From NCBI RefSeq assembly GCF_003334385.1, contig NZ_QOWN01000011.1: a stretch of DNA of 64,000 bases; one strand, written 5' to 3'. This stretch comes from Escherichia coli. GTDB lineage: Bacteria > Pseudomonadota > Gammaproteobacteria > Enterobacterales > Enterobacteriaceae. Below, piece after piece: positions 32,537-46,770 of the stretch. The notes below the pieces were generated by a model. That model ran no database searches. It saw nothing but the letters and a program-made list of their open reading frames with translations, and was not told the DNA's origin. Each line of letters begins with the position of its first letter. Positions within the stretch are counted from its first letter, which is position 1. The position numbers were made by a program, and so were the translations under genes.

Positions 32537-32914
32537 TCAGTGCTTTTCTTGCTTTTCATCAATCACCGGAATTCGCCACATATAGAAAAGCAAACAGGCG
32601 AGAATTACCAGCAACATGATGCGCACCCATGGCATCTGGACGAACCACAGAGAAATGGCAAACGTGAGCAAAATAAGCAAAATCGCCCGCGGTTTGACGC
32701 CGCGCGGCATCGCATGATGTTTCTGCCAGAAACGTAGATAGCTGCCAAACCATGAGCGGTACAGCAACCAGGCGTGAAAGCGCGGGGAAGAACGGGCAAA
32801 GCACCAGGCCGCCAGCAGGATAAACGGCGTCGTCGGTAATACCGGTAATACCACGCCCAGCGTACCCAGCACTACCGCCAGCCAGCCAATGATGATTAAA
32901 ATGATTCGTTGCAT
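32537..32914 (-). CDS. ybaN: DUF454-family inner-membrane protein, 125 aa
   Basis: Small hydrophobic ORF; recognised sequence. Confidence 0.85.
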
Positions 32915-32983
32915 ATTGAGTGTTGTCAGCTTACAGAGTGGCTACTTTAGCATAACAATTATCATTTTCATTGAGGTCTTATC

Positions 32984-33511
32984 GTGAAAACCGCCCTGCT
33001 GCTGGAAAAACTGGAAGGACAGCTCGCTACGCTGCGTCAGCGTTGTGCCCCGGTGTCACAGTTCGCCACGCTAAGTGCTCGTTTCGACAGGCATCTTTTT
33101 CAGACTCGTGCGACAACACTACAGGCTTGTCTCGACGAGGCGGGCGATAATCTGGCTGCGCTTCGTCATGCAGTTGAGCAGCAACAGCTGCCGCAAGTGG
33201 CCTGGCTGGCGGAACATCTGGCGGCACAACTGGAAGCCATCGCGCGTGAAGCCTCCGCCTGGTCATTGCGCGAGTGGGACAGTGCACCACCGAAAATTGC
33301 CCGCTGGCAGCGTAAACGTATTCAGCATCAGGATTTTGAGCGGCGGCTACGTGAGATGGTTGCCGAACGCAGAGCCCGTCTGGCGCGGGTGACCGATCTC
33401 GTGGAACAGCAAACGCTGCATCGTGAAGTGGAAGCCTATGAAGCGCGCCTGGCACGCTGCCGCCATGCGCTGGAAAAAATCGAAAACAGGTTAGCGCGTT
33501 TAACCCGCTAG
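32984..33511 (+). CDS. priC: Primosomal replication protein N'' (PriC), 175 aa
   Basis: Basic helical protein; recognised sequence [20 protein letters not shown]. Confidence 0.88.
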
Positions 33512-33524
33512 CAATGGAGAGAAT

Positions 33525-33686
33525 ATGTCACTGGAAAATGCCCCTGACGATGTCAAACTGGCTGTCGATTTGATTGTGCTGCTGGAGGAAAATCAGATCC
33601 CTGCCAGTACCGTGCTGCGCGCGCTGGATATTGTAAAGCGTGATTATGAAAAGAAATTAACGCGCGATGATGAGGCGGAAAAGTGA
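33525..33686 (+). CDS. ybaM: Small DUF2496-family protein, 53 aa (below the ORF-track size cut-off)
   Basis: ATG at 33525 preceded by GGAGAG; translation [53 protein letters not shown]; stop TGA at 33684-33686; 14 bp after priC. Confidence 0.8.
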
Positions 33687-33739
33687 GAAATAAATGGGGT
33701 CGCTAAATGTCCCCTAAGGTTGCGGGCAAACGCAAAACT

Positions 33740-33837
33740 GCCTGATGCGCTACGCTTATCAGGCCTACACCGCTCCTGCAATATATTGAATTCTTGCGGT
33801 TTCGTAGGCCGGATAAGGCGGTCACGCCGCATCCGGC
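33740..33837. repeat. REP element pair between ybaM and mscK
   Basis: gcctgatgcgctacgcttatcaggcctac and cgtaggccggataaggcggtcacgccgcatccggc palindromic units. Confidence 0.85.
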
Positions 33838-33897
33838 ATGAACAACGCGCACTTTGTTAGCAATCTCGGGGCAACTAAATGTTGCCCCCTTTCGTTT

Positions 33898-36800
33898 TTA
33901 CCCTACCGCTGGCGTCGGGTCATCGCCTTTGTAGTCGCGTTTTACTTCCGTCACCTCATCGCCCTTCTCGTTGTGCAGATGCACTTCAAGCTGGTTAAAG
34001 GCAATGTTGATGTCGTTTTCACGGCACAGCTGATCGATAGTACGGTTCAGCTCATCGACAGTACGACTACGGTCACGCAGTTCACGCACATACAGACGCA
34101 GCTCATGATCCAACGTGCTGGCACCAAATGCCGTAAAGAAGACTTCCGGCATTGGTTCGTGCATCACCCTTGGGTGCTCAGTCGCCGCCTTCAGTAACAC
34201 TTTACGCACTTTTTCCAGATCGGAGCCATAGGCCACGCCGAGACGGATCACCAGACGCGTAGTAGTGTCAGTCAACGACCAGTTGATCAGACGCTCGGTA
34301 ACAAACGCTTTGTTCGGGATGATCACTTCTTTGCGATCGAAATCGGTAATCGTTGTCGCACGAATACGGATCTTACTTACCGTCCCCGAGAAGCTACCAA
34401 TGGTTACCGTATCGCCAATACGCACCGGACGTTCGAATAGAATGATCAAACCGGAGACGAAGTTACCGAAAATTTCTTGTAAACCAAAACCAAGACCTAC
34501 GGATAATGCTGCGGCCAGCCACTGGAGTTTATCCCAAGAGACGCCCAGCGATCCGAACACCGTCATCGCACCAACAGCAATAATGATGTAGTTAAGGATG
34601 GTAGTAATGGCATACGACGCGCCCTGGCGCATATTCAGTCGCGAGAGCACCAGCACTTCCAGTAAACCAGGCAGGTTGCGAATCAACGCCCAGGCCACCA
34701 TTGAGGCGATAATCGCAAACAACAGACTGCCCATGGTGACGTTTTTCACCACCGCAGCGCCAGCTTCAGTGCCGTTGTAATGCCAGAGCGTGATGCTGTC
34801 GAGATAGCTGAACACGGTGATCAAATCGGACCAAATTGCCCAGAACATGACACCGAACAGCGCAAACATCAGCAACATGGTAATACGCAGCGTCTGCTGG
34901 TTAACTTGCTCCAGTGCAATGGTGGGTTCTTCCGGCGGTTCAGCACCTTCTGCGCCCTCTTTCACCAGATTCTGCCGACGCGCCAGCGCACGACGCCAGG
35001 CGATACGCCGCGCCGCTACGCTTAAGCCACGCAGTACCGTCTGGTACAGCAGGTTCCAGATGATCACCAGATAAACGGTTTCAATCCAGCGTCCTGCCAG
35101 ACGCAGCGTAGTGTAGAAGTAGCCTGTAGCAGTCAGCACCATCAGCGCAATCGGGATTATCGACAGCACGGTAATGGTGACCAGTCGCATGGTGTGCGAC
35201 TCTTTATCACGCCAGCTTTCGCGGCACATCGGCCATACCAGGAAGGCAATCAGCAGCAGGTTGAAGAAAATCATCGCTTGCCCCAGCACATCATCCATCA
35301 GATGCAGCGGGGAAAGTTCTGCCACCACAGACCAGAAATGGATAGGCAGCAATGCGAGACTGATGCGGACAATTTGCCGACGCCAGTGGCTGGTCTGCTG
35401 TTCCGGCATGCCGAAGTGACGTACGGCAACGCCGTTTTTCTCCAGTACCTTCCAGCACAGGCCAAACACCAGCCAGAATATCGCCAGTTTTTTGCTGAAC
35501 GACCATAGCAGTTCGCTGATGTTGAGCTGCATGGTCAACAGAATCAGGCCAACCGCGAGAATAATCAGGCACACCGGCAGCGCACGGATCAGGTCGATAA
35601 GGATCGCTTTTGGTGTGTTGAGCTGGCTGTCGTTACGCAGGGAACCCACAGCGGAAGCCAGTTTTTGTTGATACGCTTTCAGCCAGCCCAGACGCCAGTG
35701 GATCAGCCCGGCAATCAACAGCAGCGGCAAACCAGCGAGGAAAGCGATAAAAACGGCGGGCCAGGCTTTTTGCCAGTTCACCGTGATTTTCATCGACTTA
35801 AATTCATCTTTCAGGCTTTGCGGGAACGCTTTGATCCAGTCCCAGTCCATTGGACGGTTACTGTTCACCCAAAAGATTTGCTGAGTCAGGATGGATTTCA
35901 GGTTTTTCGACACACTCATTAACTGCTGCTGGTTGATTTGCAGGTTAATGGCCATCATCAGCTGGTTACCCAACTGTTTGTTGAGTTGATCCAGCAATTC
36001 GCGACGCATATCAACCACTTGCAATAACGCATCGTGAACTTCGCTGTTGACTTCGTTGGTGTGACCTTCTTCCAGTTTGTTGACGAACGCATCGCTCTGG
36101 AAGAGTGCATCACGCTGCTGGTTAACTTCAAACTGTTCGAGACGCAAATCCGCGATGCGGTTGGTCATGTTTTCCAGTTCATCCGCCGAGGGCAGCGTTT
36201 GTTGTTGCTGGTAAAGGATACGAGACAACAGCAGGCTGCCCTTCAGGACGGCAATCTGCTCTTTAATATTGCGTTCCGATTGCAGCGCCCGCTCCAGCCA
36301 GTTTTTGACTTTAATGTTTTGCTGCATCAACTGATTACCGTTTTCAGTCGCGGTAATCAGACGCTGACTTAACTGCTGGTTAATTTCCAGTTCCTGCTTC
36401 ACCAGCGGATTAGCCTGAATACGCGCGGCTTCATCCGGGGAGACGGCTTCCTGCGCCGTTTTTTCGGTTAAAGTCAGGCGCTTGCTGTTTACCGCTTCTT
36501 GCAACAGTTGTAACTGGTGCTCCAGACGAGCGCTGTTCGCCGTCACGTAATCACGTTGCTTTTGCAAGGTATCCTGCAAGACGGTGTTCCCTTCCAGGCT
36601 TTTACGCTGCTGGTCAATCTCCGCATTCAGCAACGCCTGCTGGGCCTGCATTAACACTTTCTGGCTGGGACGTAAGGCTGTCTCGCCGACATCAGTCCCA
36701 TCCAGACGACTGCGAATTTGTTGCAGCTGCTGCGAAGCGTTATACATCGCATTTTGCACGCGTTCGGGCTGCGTCTGTAACGAAACCAGCTGGCTGTTAT

Positions 36801-37260
36801 AAGACGCCAGATCGTTTTGTGCGTTTTGCAAATCGTCCAGCGCCTGGGCAACGCGAGTTTCCAGCTGGCGCAACGACAGCGTGCTCAGAATTTTGCGCGT
36901 TTCTTCGTCGTTATCGACATCGCTAAGTGCTGTTAACGCCGCGGTCGCCTGGCGCATTTTTTCCGGCGCTTCAGCGACTTTTTGCCGTAGCTGAACTGTC
37001 TCTTCTTTTATGCGATCGATTTTATCGAGGGTGGCTAATGTATCTGTCAGATCCTGCTGCACCAGTTTGTCCTGAGCAGAAAGATCTTTTTGTTTATTTA
37101 GTGAGTCAAGTTGCGCCTGCAGGTCCGCTTTTGTCGGCAGATCACCATTCGATGACGCCCGCGCAAACGCCGTGTTCTGGCATAACAAGACAAAAACAAA
37201 AGCAATAAATGCTGAAAAAACAAAATGCCGTGATCGTTTGTAATACTGGAACATAGTCAT
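33898..37260 (-). CDS. mscK: Potassium-dependent mechanosensitive channel (MscS family with large periplasmic coiled-coil domain), 1120 aa
   Basis: Signal peptide, long Q/L-rich coiled-coil region, multiple TM helices, C-terminal MscS-type channel domain. Confidence 0.95.
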   Translation of the reverse strand: MTMFQYYKRSRHFVFSAFIAFVFVLLCQNTAFARASSNGDLPTKADLQAQLDSLNKQKDLSAQDKLVQQDLTDTLATLDKIDRIKEETVQLRQKVAEAPEKMRQATAALTALSDVDNDEETRKILSTLSLRQLETRVAQALDDLQNAQNDLASYNSQLVSLQTQPERVQNAMYNASQQLQQIRSRLDGTDVGETALRPSQKVLMQAQQALLNAEIDQQRKSLEGNTVLQDTLQKQRDYVTANSARLEHQLQLLQEAVNSKRLTLTEKTAQEAVSPDEAARIQANPLVKQELEINQQLSQRLITATENGNQLMQQNIKVKNWLERALQSERNIKEQIAVLKGSLLLSRILYQQQQTLPSADELENMTNRIADLRLEQFEVNQQRDALFQSDAFVNKLEEGHTNEVNSEVHDALLQVVDMRRELLDQLNKQLGNQLMMAINLQINQQQLMSVSKNLKSILTQQIFWVNSNRPMDWDWIKAFPQSLKDEFKSMKITVNWQKAWPAVFIAFLAGLPLLLIAGLIHWRLGWLKAYQQKLASAVGSLRNDSQLNTPKAILIDLIRALPVCLIILAVGLILLTMQLNISELLWSFSKKLAIFWLVFGLCWKVLEKNGVAVRHFGMPEQQTSHWRRQIVRISLALLPIHFWSVVAELSPLHLMDDVLGQAMIFFNLLLIAFLVWPMCRESWRDKESHTMRLVTITVLSIIPIALMVLTATGYFYTTLRLAGRWIETVYLVIIWNLLYQTVLRGLSVAARRIAWRRALARRQNLVKEGAEGAEPPEEPTIALEQVNQQTLRITMLLMFALFGVMFWAIWSDLITVFSYLDSITLWHYNGTEAGAAVVKNVTMGSLLFAIIASMVAWALIRNLPGLLEVLVLSRLNMRQGASYAITTILNYIIIAVGAMTVFGSLGVSWDKLQWLAAALSVGLGFGLQEIFGNFVSGLIILFERPVRIGDTVTIGSFSGTVSKIRIRATTITDFDRKEVIIPNKAFVTERLINWSLTDTTTRLVIRLGVAYGSDLEKVRKVLLKAATEHPRVMHEPMPEVFFTAFGASTLDHELRLYVRELRDRSRTVDELNRTIDQLCRENDINIAFNQLEVHLHNEKGDEVTEVKRDYKGDDPTPAVG

Positions 37261-37387
37261 GATGAATGAAGGTTTCTGAACCTGAAGAACGACCTGAAAA
37301 AGTCAAACCGCAAGAATATCACGACGCAGTGAACCAGAATAGCAACGACGAAAATGTCCAGGAAAAATCCTGGAGTCAGATTCAGGG

Positions 37388-38035
37388 TTATTCGTTAGTG
37401 GCAGGATTACGAAGCGTGGGGCACAGGAGATACATCTCCAGTAAGATGGCAACGTAATCGCGGGCTTCTTTTTTAAGATCAAAAGATTGCGGGGCAAAGA
37501 GCCAGTTTTCCATCAGGCCGGAAATATAGCCGCGCATAATAATTGCTGCGCGACGCGTCATTAAATCCGCAGGCAACATTTTCGCTTCAATACAATGTTT
37601 TAACGTTTGTTCTATACGGTCATAACTTTCCAGACAGAGATTACGTTGTGCCTGTTGCACAACAGCCATTTCTCCGACAAATTCGCATTTGTGGAATATA
37701 ATCTCCATCAATAATCGACGCCGTTCTTCTGTCACCGTGGATTCAAGAACATGAATTAATATCTCTCTTAATACTGAGAGTGGATCGCCAGGGAATTTTG
37801 CCTGATACTCAAGCTCTAGTTCACCAATATTGGATTCTGACAGTTCCCAGATCTCACTGAACAAATCCGACTTGTCTTTAAAATGCCAGTAGATTGCACC
37901 GCGCGTAACGCCAGCTGCTTTTGCAATCTCGCCCAGCGAGGTGGATGATACCCCCTGCTGTGAGAAAAGACGTAGAGCCACATCGAGGATGTGTTGGCGC
38001 GTTTCTTGCGCTTCTTGTTTGGTTTTTCGTGCCAT
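37388..38035 (-). CDS. acrR: TetR-family repressor of acrAB, 215 aa
   Basis: TetR HTH (…[22 protein letters not shown]…); divergent from acrA. Confidence 0.95.
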
Positions 38036-38063
38036 ATGTTCGTGAATTTACAGGCGTTAGATT

Positions 38064-38087
38064 TACATACATTTGTGAATGTATGTA
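38064..38087. promoter_or_regulatory. 24-bp palindromic operator in the acrR-acrA divergent promoter region (AcrR site)
   Basis: TACATACATTTGTGAATGTATGTA: near-perfect 10-bp inverted arms around a 4-bp centre, between the two divergent start codons. Confidence 0.8.
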
Positions 38088-38176
38088 CCATAGCACGACG
38101 ATAATATAAACGCAGCAATGGGTTTATTAACTTTTGACCATTGACCAATTTGAAATCGGACACTCGAGGTTTACAT

Positions 38177-39370
38177 ATGAACAAAAACAGAGGGTTTACG
38201 CCTCTGGCGGTCGTTCTGATGCTCTCAGGCAGCTTAGCCCTAACAGGATGTGACGACAAACAGGCCCAACAAGGTGGCCAGCAGATGCCCGCCGTTGGCG
38301 TAGTAACAGTCAAAACTGAACCTCTGCAGATCACAACCGAGCTTCCGGGTCGCACCAGTGCCTACCGGATCGCAGAAGTTCGTCCTCAAGTTAGCGGGAT
38401 TATCCTGAAGCGTAATTTCAAAGAAGGTAGCGACATCGAAGCAGGTGTCTCTCTCTATCAGATTGATCCTGCGACCTATCAGGCGACATACGACAGTGCG
38501 AAAGGTGATCTGGCGAAAGCCCAGGCTGCAGCCAATATCGCGCAATTGACGGTGAATCGTTATCAGAAACTGCTCGGTACTCAGTACATCAGTAAGCAAG
38601 AGTACGATCAGGCTCTGGCTGATGCGCAACAGGCGAATGCTGCGGTAACTGCGGCGAAAGCTGCCGTTGAAACTGCGCGGATCAATCTGGCTTACACCAA
38701 AGTCACCTCTCCGATTAGCGGTCGCATTGGTAAGTCGAACGTGACGGAAGGCGCATTGGTACAGAACGGTCAGGCGACTGCGCTGGCAACCGTGCAGCAA
38801 CTTGATCCGATCTACGTTGATGTGACCCAGTCCAGCAACGACTTCCTGCGCCTGAAACAGGAACTGGCGAATGGCACGCTGAAACAAGAGAACGGCAAAG
38901 CCAAAGTGTCACTGATCACCAGTGACGGCATTAAGTTCCCGCAGGACGGTACGCTGGAATTCTCTGACGTTACCGTTGATCAGACCACTGGGTCTATCAC
39001 CCTACGCGCTATCTTCCCGAACCCGGATCACACTCTGCTGCCGGGTATGTTCGTGCGCGCACGTCTGGAAGAAGGGCTTAATCCAAACGCTATTTTAGTC
39101 CCGCAACAGGGCGTAACCCGTACGCCGCGTGGCGATGCCACCGTACTGGTAGTTGGCGCGGATGACAAAGTGGAAACCCGTCCGATCGTTGCAAGCCAGG
39201 CTATTGGCGATAAGTGGCTGGTGACAGAAGGTCTGAAAGCAGGCGATCGCGTAGTAATAAGTGGGCTGCAGAAAGTGCGTCCTGGTGTCCAGGTAAAAGC
39301 ACAAGAAGTTACCGCTGATAATAACCAGCAAGCCGCAAGCGGTGCTCAGCCTGAACAGTCCAAGTCTTAA
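38177..39370 (+). CDS. acrA: RND multidrug efflux periplasmic adaptor lipoprotein, 397 aa
   Basis: Start at MNKNRGFTPLAVVLMLSGSLALTGC (lipobox) inside track ORF 38141..39370. Confidence 0.96.
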   Translation: MNKNRGFTPLAVVLMLSGSLALTGCDDKQAQQGGQQMPAVGVVTVKTEPLQITTELPGRTSAYRIAEVRPQVSGIILKRNFKEGSDIEAGVSLYQIDPATYQATYDSAKGDLAKAQAAANIAQLTVNRYQKLLGTQYISKQEYDQALADAQQANAAVTAAKAAVETARINLAYTKVTSPISGRIGKSNVTEGALVQNGQATALATVQQLDPIYVDVTQSSNDFLRLKQELANGTLKQENGKAKVSLITSDGIKFPQDGTLEFSDVTVDQTTGSITLRAIFPNPDHTLLPGMFVRARLEEGLNPNAILVPQQGVTRTPRGDATVLVVGADDKVETRPIVASQAIGDKWLVTEGLKAGDRVVISGLQKVRPGVQVKAQEVTADNNQQAASGAQPEQSKS

Positions 39371-39389
39371 CTTAAACAGGAGCCGTTAA

Positions 39390-42542
<3,153 letters not shown>

Positions 42543-42559
42543 TACAACGTGTAATCACT

Positions 42560-42585
42560 AAGGCCGCGTAAGCGGCCTTTTTTAT
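42560..42585 (+). terminator. Rho-independent terminator of acrAB
   Basis: aaggccgc-gtaa-gcggcctt hairpin followed by TTTTTT, 18 bp after the acrB stop. Confidence 0.85.
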
Positions 42586-43087
42586 GCATAACCTACGAAC
42601 ATTAAGGAGTAATTGAACCACCAACTCAGGATCTCATACGAAAACCAGTATTAACCACGGATAAAATTCATAAAAAATACTGATTGTTAGTTAATTTATA
42701 TTAAGTAGCGCTAATAGATTTAATAATCCATAATCATTTAGAGGCTATTCTTAATTATTTGCGGTAATTCTTTATTCATTCCTCGGTTATTACGTCATAT
42801 TCAGAGCAATCCTGGTATTAGTGTCACCAATTTCATCTGGCGATAATCCTGAAATGTTATGAATAGTTCGAGCAAACTGCTTTTACCTGCTGCGGGTTAG
42901 TGCTAGTATGAAAAAGTGAGTCCTGTCCCGCTTCCTTCCTAATTGTAATTTTTCGTAATAATGCGATGAAAACCTGCAAAGAGTGGCTTATAGTTAAGCT
43001 AACAAACGAGAGGGCAAGTCCAGGTCAGTAAGTTTTTTCCATCCCGAAAGGTGTCCGTTAGTTCAACCGCTAAGAAGGGGACGCGTT

Positions 43088-43462
43088 ATGGATGAATACT
43101 CACCCAAAAGACATGATATCGCACAGCTTAAGTTTCTCTGTGAAACCCTGTATCATGACTGCCTTGCAAACCTTGAAGAAAGCAATCATGGCTGGGTAAA
43201 CGACCCAACCTCGGCGATCAACCTCCAGTTGAATGAACTGATTGAGCATATTGCGACCTTCGCACTTAATTACAAAATTAAGTATAATGAAGACAATAAG
43301 CTCATTGAGCAGATCGACGAATATCTGGATGACACCTTTATGTTGTTCAGTAGTTATGGTATTAATATGCAGGATCTTCAGAAATGGCGGAAGTCAGGTA
43401 ATCGACTATTCCGTTGTTTTGTCAATGCGACGAAAGAGAATCCTGCGAGTTTATCTTGTTAG
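43088..43462 (+). CDS. tomB: Hha toxicity modulator TomB (YmoB family), 124 aa
   Basis: Recognised sequence [31 protein letters not shown]; immediately upstream of hha. Confidence 0.92.
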
Positions 43463-43487
43463 AATTATTACAACCATAGGTAGAAGT

Positions 43488-43706
43488 ATGTCCGAAAAAC
43501 CTTTAACGAAAACCGATTATTTAATGCGTTTACGTCGTTGCCAGACAATTGACACGCTGGAGCGTGTTATCGAGAAAAATAAATACGAATTATCAGATAA
43601 TGAACTGGCGGTATTTTACTCAGCCGCAGATCACCGCCTCGCCGAATTGACCATGAATAAACTGTACGACAAGATCCCTTCCTCAGTATGGAAATTTATT
43701 CGCTAA
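43488..43706 (+). CDS. hha: Haemolysin expression modulator Hha (H-NS co-regulator), 72 aa
   Basis: ATG at 43488; [72 protein letters not shown]; embedded in a longer, spurious track ORF 43242..43706. Confidence 0.93.
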
Positions 43707-43877
43707 TAAATAATTCGCTTTCGGAGCTATAACCGGCTGTTTATTAAGAATTTTATACTTTTTCGCCATGAAGACATACCCTATGTGATCTTTATCACAC
43801 AGATGTAATGGGAACGTTCTCTTCACTGACTTTTCGTCTTACTGTGTTGCCGCATTTTCAGCAACCGGAGGTCAGTA

Positions 43878-44429
43878 ATGAGCACAGAAAAAGAAAAGAT
43901 GATTGCTGGTGAGTTGTATCGCTCGGCAGATGAGACGTTATCTCGCGATCGCCTGCGCGCTCGTCAGCTTATTCACCGATACAATCATTCCCTGGCGGAA
44001 GAGCACACATTACGCCAGCAAATTCTCGCTGATCTATTCGGTCAGGTGACAGAGGCTTATATTGAGCCAACGTTTCGCTGTGACTATGGCTATAACATTT
44101 TTCTCGGTAATAATTTTTTCGCCAACTTCGATTGCGTGATGCTTGATGTCTGCCCTATTCGCATCGGTGATAACTGTATGTTGGCACCAGGCGTTCATAT
44201 CTACACGGCAACACATCCCATCGACCCTGTAGCACGTAATAGCGGTGCTGAACTGGGGAAACCCGTCACCATCGGTAATAACGTCTGGATTGGCGGACGC
44301 GCGGTCATTAACCCTGGTGTGACCATTGGTGATAACGTCGTGGTAGCCTCAGGTGCAGTTGTCACAAAAGATGTCCCGGACAACGTTGTCGTGGGCGGTA
44401 ATCCAGCCAGAATAATTAAAAAATTGTAA
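43878..44429 (+). CDS. maa: Maltose O-acetyltransferase (left-handed beta-helix hexapeptide acyltransferase), 183 aa
   Basis: Hexapeptide-repeat region ([14 protein letters not shown]…[31 protein letters not shown]). Confidence 0.93.
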
Positions 44430-44544
44430 TCGGTTTTTCGCAACTGTTATGCAAAATTGTGGTAGATCTGTTACTTCCCCTCTACTATTCCCACGTTAAA
44501 ATAGGGTGTTCCCTGGAAAGTTGCAGATACCACGAAGGCAAACG

Positions 44545-45015
44545 ATGACCGAAATACAACGCCTGCTGACCGAAACGATTGAGTCTCTGAATACCCGCGA
44601 AAAACGCGACAACAAACCCCGCTTTAGTATCAGTTTTATCCGTAAACATCCGGGGCTGTTTATCGGTATGTACGTTGCTTTTTTTGCCACCCTGGCGGTG
44701 ATGTTGCAGTCCGAAACGCTGTCAGGCTCTGTCTGGCTACTGGTTGTATTATTTATCCTGCTTAATGGTTTCTTCTTTTTCGATGTCTACCCACGCTACC
44801 GCTATGAAGATATCGACGTGCTGGATTTCCGCGTTTGCTATAACGGCGAATGGTACAACACGCGCTTTGTACCTGCCGCGCTGGTTGAAGCCATCTTGAA
44901 CTCTCCGCGTGTCGCGGATGTTCATAAGGAACAACTGCAAAAAATGATCGTCCGTAAAGGTGAACTGTCTTTTTACGATATTTTTACCCTCGCTCGCGCC
45001 GAATCAACATCTTAA
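44545..45015 (+). CDS. ylaC: Inner-membrane protein of unknown function, 156 aa
   Basis: Start at [16 protein letters not shown] inside track ORF 44506..45015; two predicted TM helices. Confidence 0.8.
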
Positions 45016-45172
45016 GTTAGGGTTACATACCAGGCGTAAAGCTCTGCGCCTGGTCAAATGACAATGATCGTTTCCACCCATCACTTCATGAAATACCAGC
45101 TCTACCTCCTTATCTCCAGCCAGCCTTTTTCCACAATCAGATATACTTTCCCTACACTGTGTTAATAAGGAT

Positions 45173-46729
45173 ATGCTGGTGAGAACACGACATCTGGTCG
45201 GCCTTATTTCGGGAGTACTGATTCTTTCAGTATTGCTGCCTGTCGGCTTAAGCATCTGGCTGGCCCATCAGCAGGTAGAAACATCGTTTATTGAAGAGCT
45301 GGATACCTATTCCTCCCGCGTCGCTATTCGAGCCAATAAGGTGGCGACACAAGGGAAAGATGCGCTGCAGGAGCTGGAAAGATGGCAAGGCGCTGCCTGT
45401 AGCGAAGCCCATCTCATGGAAATGCGTCGGGTATCTTACAGTTATCGCTATATTCAGGAAGTGGCTTATATCGATAACAACGTTCCCCAGTGTTCGTCTC
45501 TGGAGCATGAAAGTCCGCCCGATACCTTCCCCGAGCCAGGTAAAATTTCGAAAGATGGTTATCGTGTCTGGTTAACATCGCATAACGATTTAGGCATTAT
45601 CCGTTACATGGTCGCCATGGGAACGGCACATTATGTCGTCATGATCGACCCCGCTTCCTTTATTGATGTCATTCCCTATAGCTCATGGCAAATTGATGCC
45701 GCCATTATTGGCAATGCCCATAACGTTGTCATAACCAGCAGCGATGAAATTGCTCAGGGAATTATTACCAGGCTACAAAAAACACCCGGTGAGCATATCG
45801 AAAATAATGGAATCATTTACGATATCCTGCCCTTACCGGAGATGAATATTTCGATCATCACATGGGCTTCAACGAAAATGTTGCAGAAAGGCTGGCATCG
45901 GCAAGTCTTTATTTGGTTACCGCTCGGGTTGGTGATTGGCCTGCTGGCAGCGATGTTTGTGCTGCGTATTTTGCGCCGTATTCAGTCACCGCATCATCGG
46001 CTGCAGGATGCTATCGAAAATCGTGATATTTGCGTGCACTATCAGCCGATTGTCTCCTTAGCCAATGGCAAAATTGTCGGTGCTGAGGCACTGGCGCGCT
46101 GGCCGCAGACAGACGGTAGTTGGTTGTCACCAGATAGTTTTATTCCGCTGGCACAGCAAACGGGCCTTTCTGAGCCATTGACGCTACTGATTATAAGAAG
46201 CGTCTTTGAAGATATGGGCGACTGGCTGCGTCAGCATCCACAGCAGCATATTTCGATCAATCTTGAATCCCCCGTGCTCACCTCGGAAAAAATCCCGCAA
46301 TTGCTGCGTGACATGATCAATCACTATCAGGTTAATCCCAGACAGATCGCGCTTGAACTCACTGAACGCGAGTTTGCCGATCCGAAAACCAGCGCCCCGA
46401 TAATTTCTCGCTACCGGGAGGCGGGCCATGAAATTTATCTTGATGATTTTGGTACGGGGTATTCAAGTTTAAGTTATTTACAGGATCTGGATGTCGACAT
46501 TCTGAAGCTCGATAAATCTTTCGTTGATGCGCTGGAATATAAAAATGTCACGCCGCATATCATCGAAATGGCAAAAACACTGAAACTGAAAATGGTAGCG
46601 GAGGGAATCGAAACCAGTAAACAAGAAGAGTGGTTACGCCAGCATGGCGTGCACTACGGTCAGGGCTGGCTCTACAGCAAGGCATTACCGAAAGAAGATT
46701 TCTTACGCTGGGCCGAGCAACATTTGTGA
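45173..46729 (+). CDS. pdeB: c-di-GMP phosphodiesterase (N-terminal TM/periplasmic sensor region + EAL domain)
   Basis: EAL-domain C-terminus (…QPIVSL…EALARW…DDFGTGYSSLSYL…); true start may be the GTG at 45179 rather than ATG 45173. Confidence 0.88.
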   Translation: MLVRTRHLVGLISGVLILSVLLPVGLSIWLAHQQVETSFIEELDTYSSRVAIRANKVATQGKDALQELERWQGAACSEAHLMEMRRVSYSYRYIQEVAYIDNNVPQCSSLEHESPPDTFPEPGKISKDGYRVWLTSHNDLGIIRYMVAMGTAHYVVMIDPASFIDVIPYSSWQIDAAIIGNAHNVVITSSDEIAQGIITRLQKTPGEHIENNGIIYDILPLPEMNISIITWASTKMLQKGWHRQVFIWLPLGLVIGLLAAMFVLRILRRIQSPHHRLQDAIENRDICVHYQPIVSLANGKIVGAEALARWPQTDGSWLSPDSFIPLAQQTGLSEPLTLLIIRSVFEDMGDWLRQHPQQHISINLESPVLTSEKIPQLLRDMINHYQVNPRQIALELTEREFADPKTSAPIISRYREAGHEIYLDDFGTGYSSLSYLQDLDVDILKLDKSFVDALEYKNVTPHIIEMAKTLKLKMVAEGIETSKQEEWLRQHGVHYGQGWLYSKALPKEDFLRWAEQHL

Positions 46730-46770
46730 ATTTTTGGGCTGACGGCACGCCGCACAGCCCGTCACGCTAC

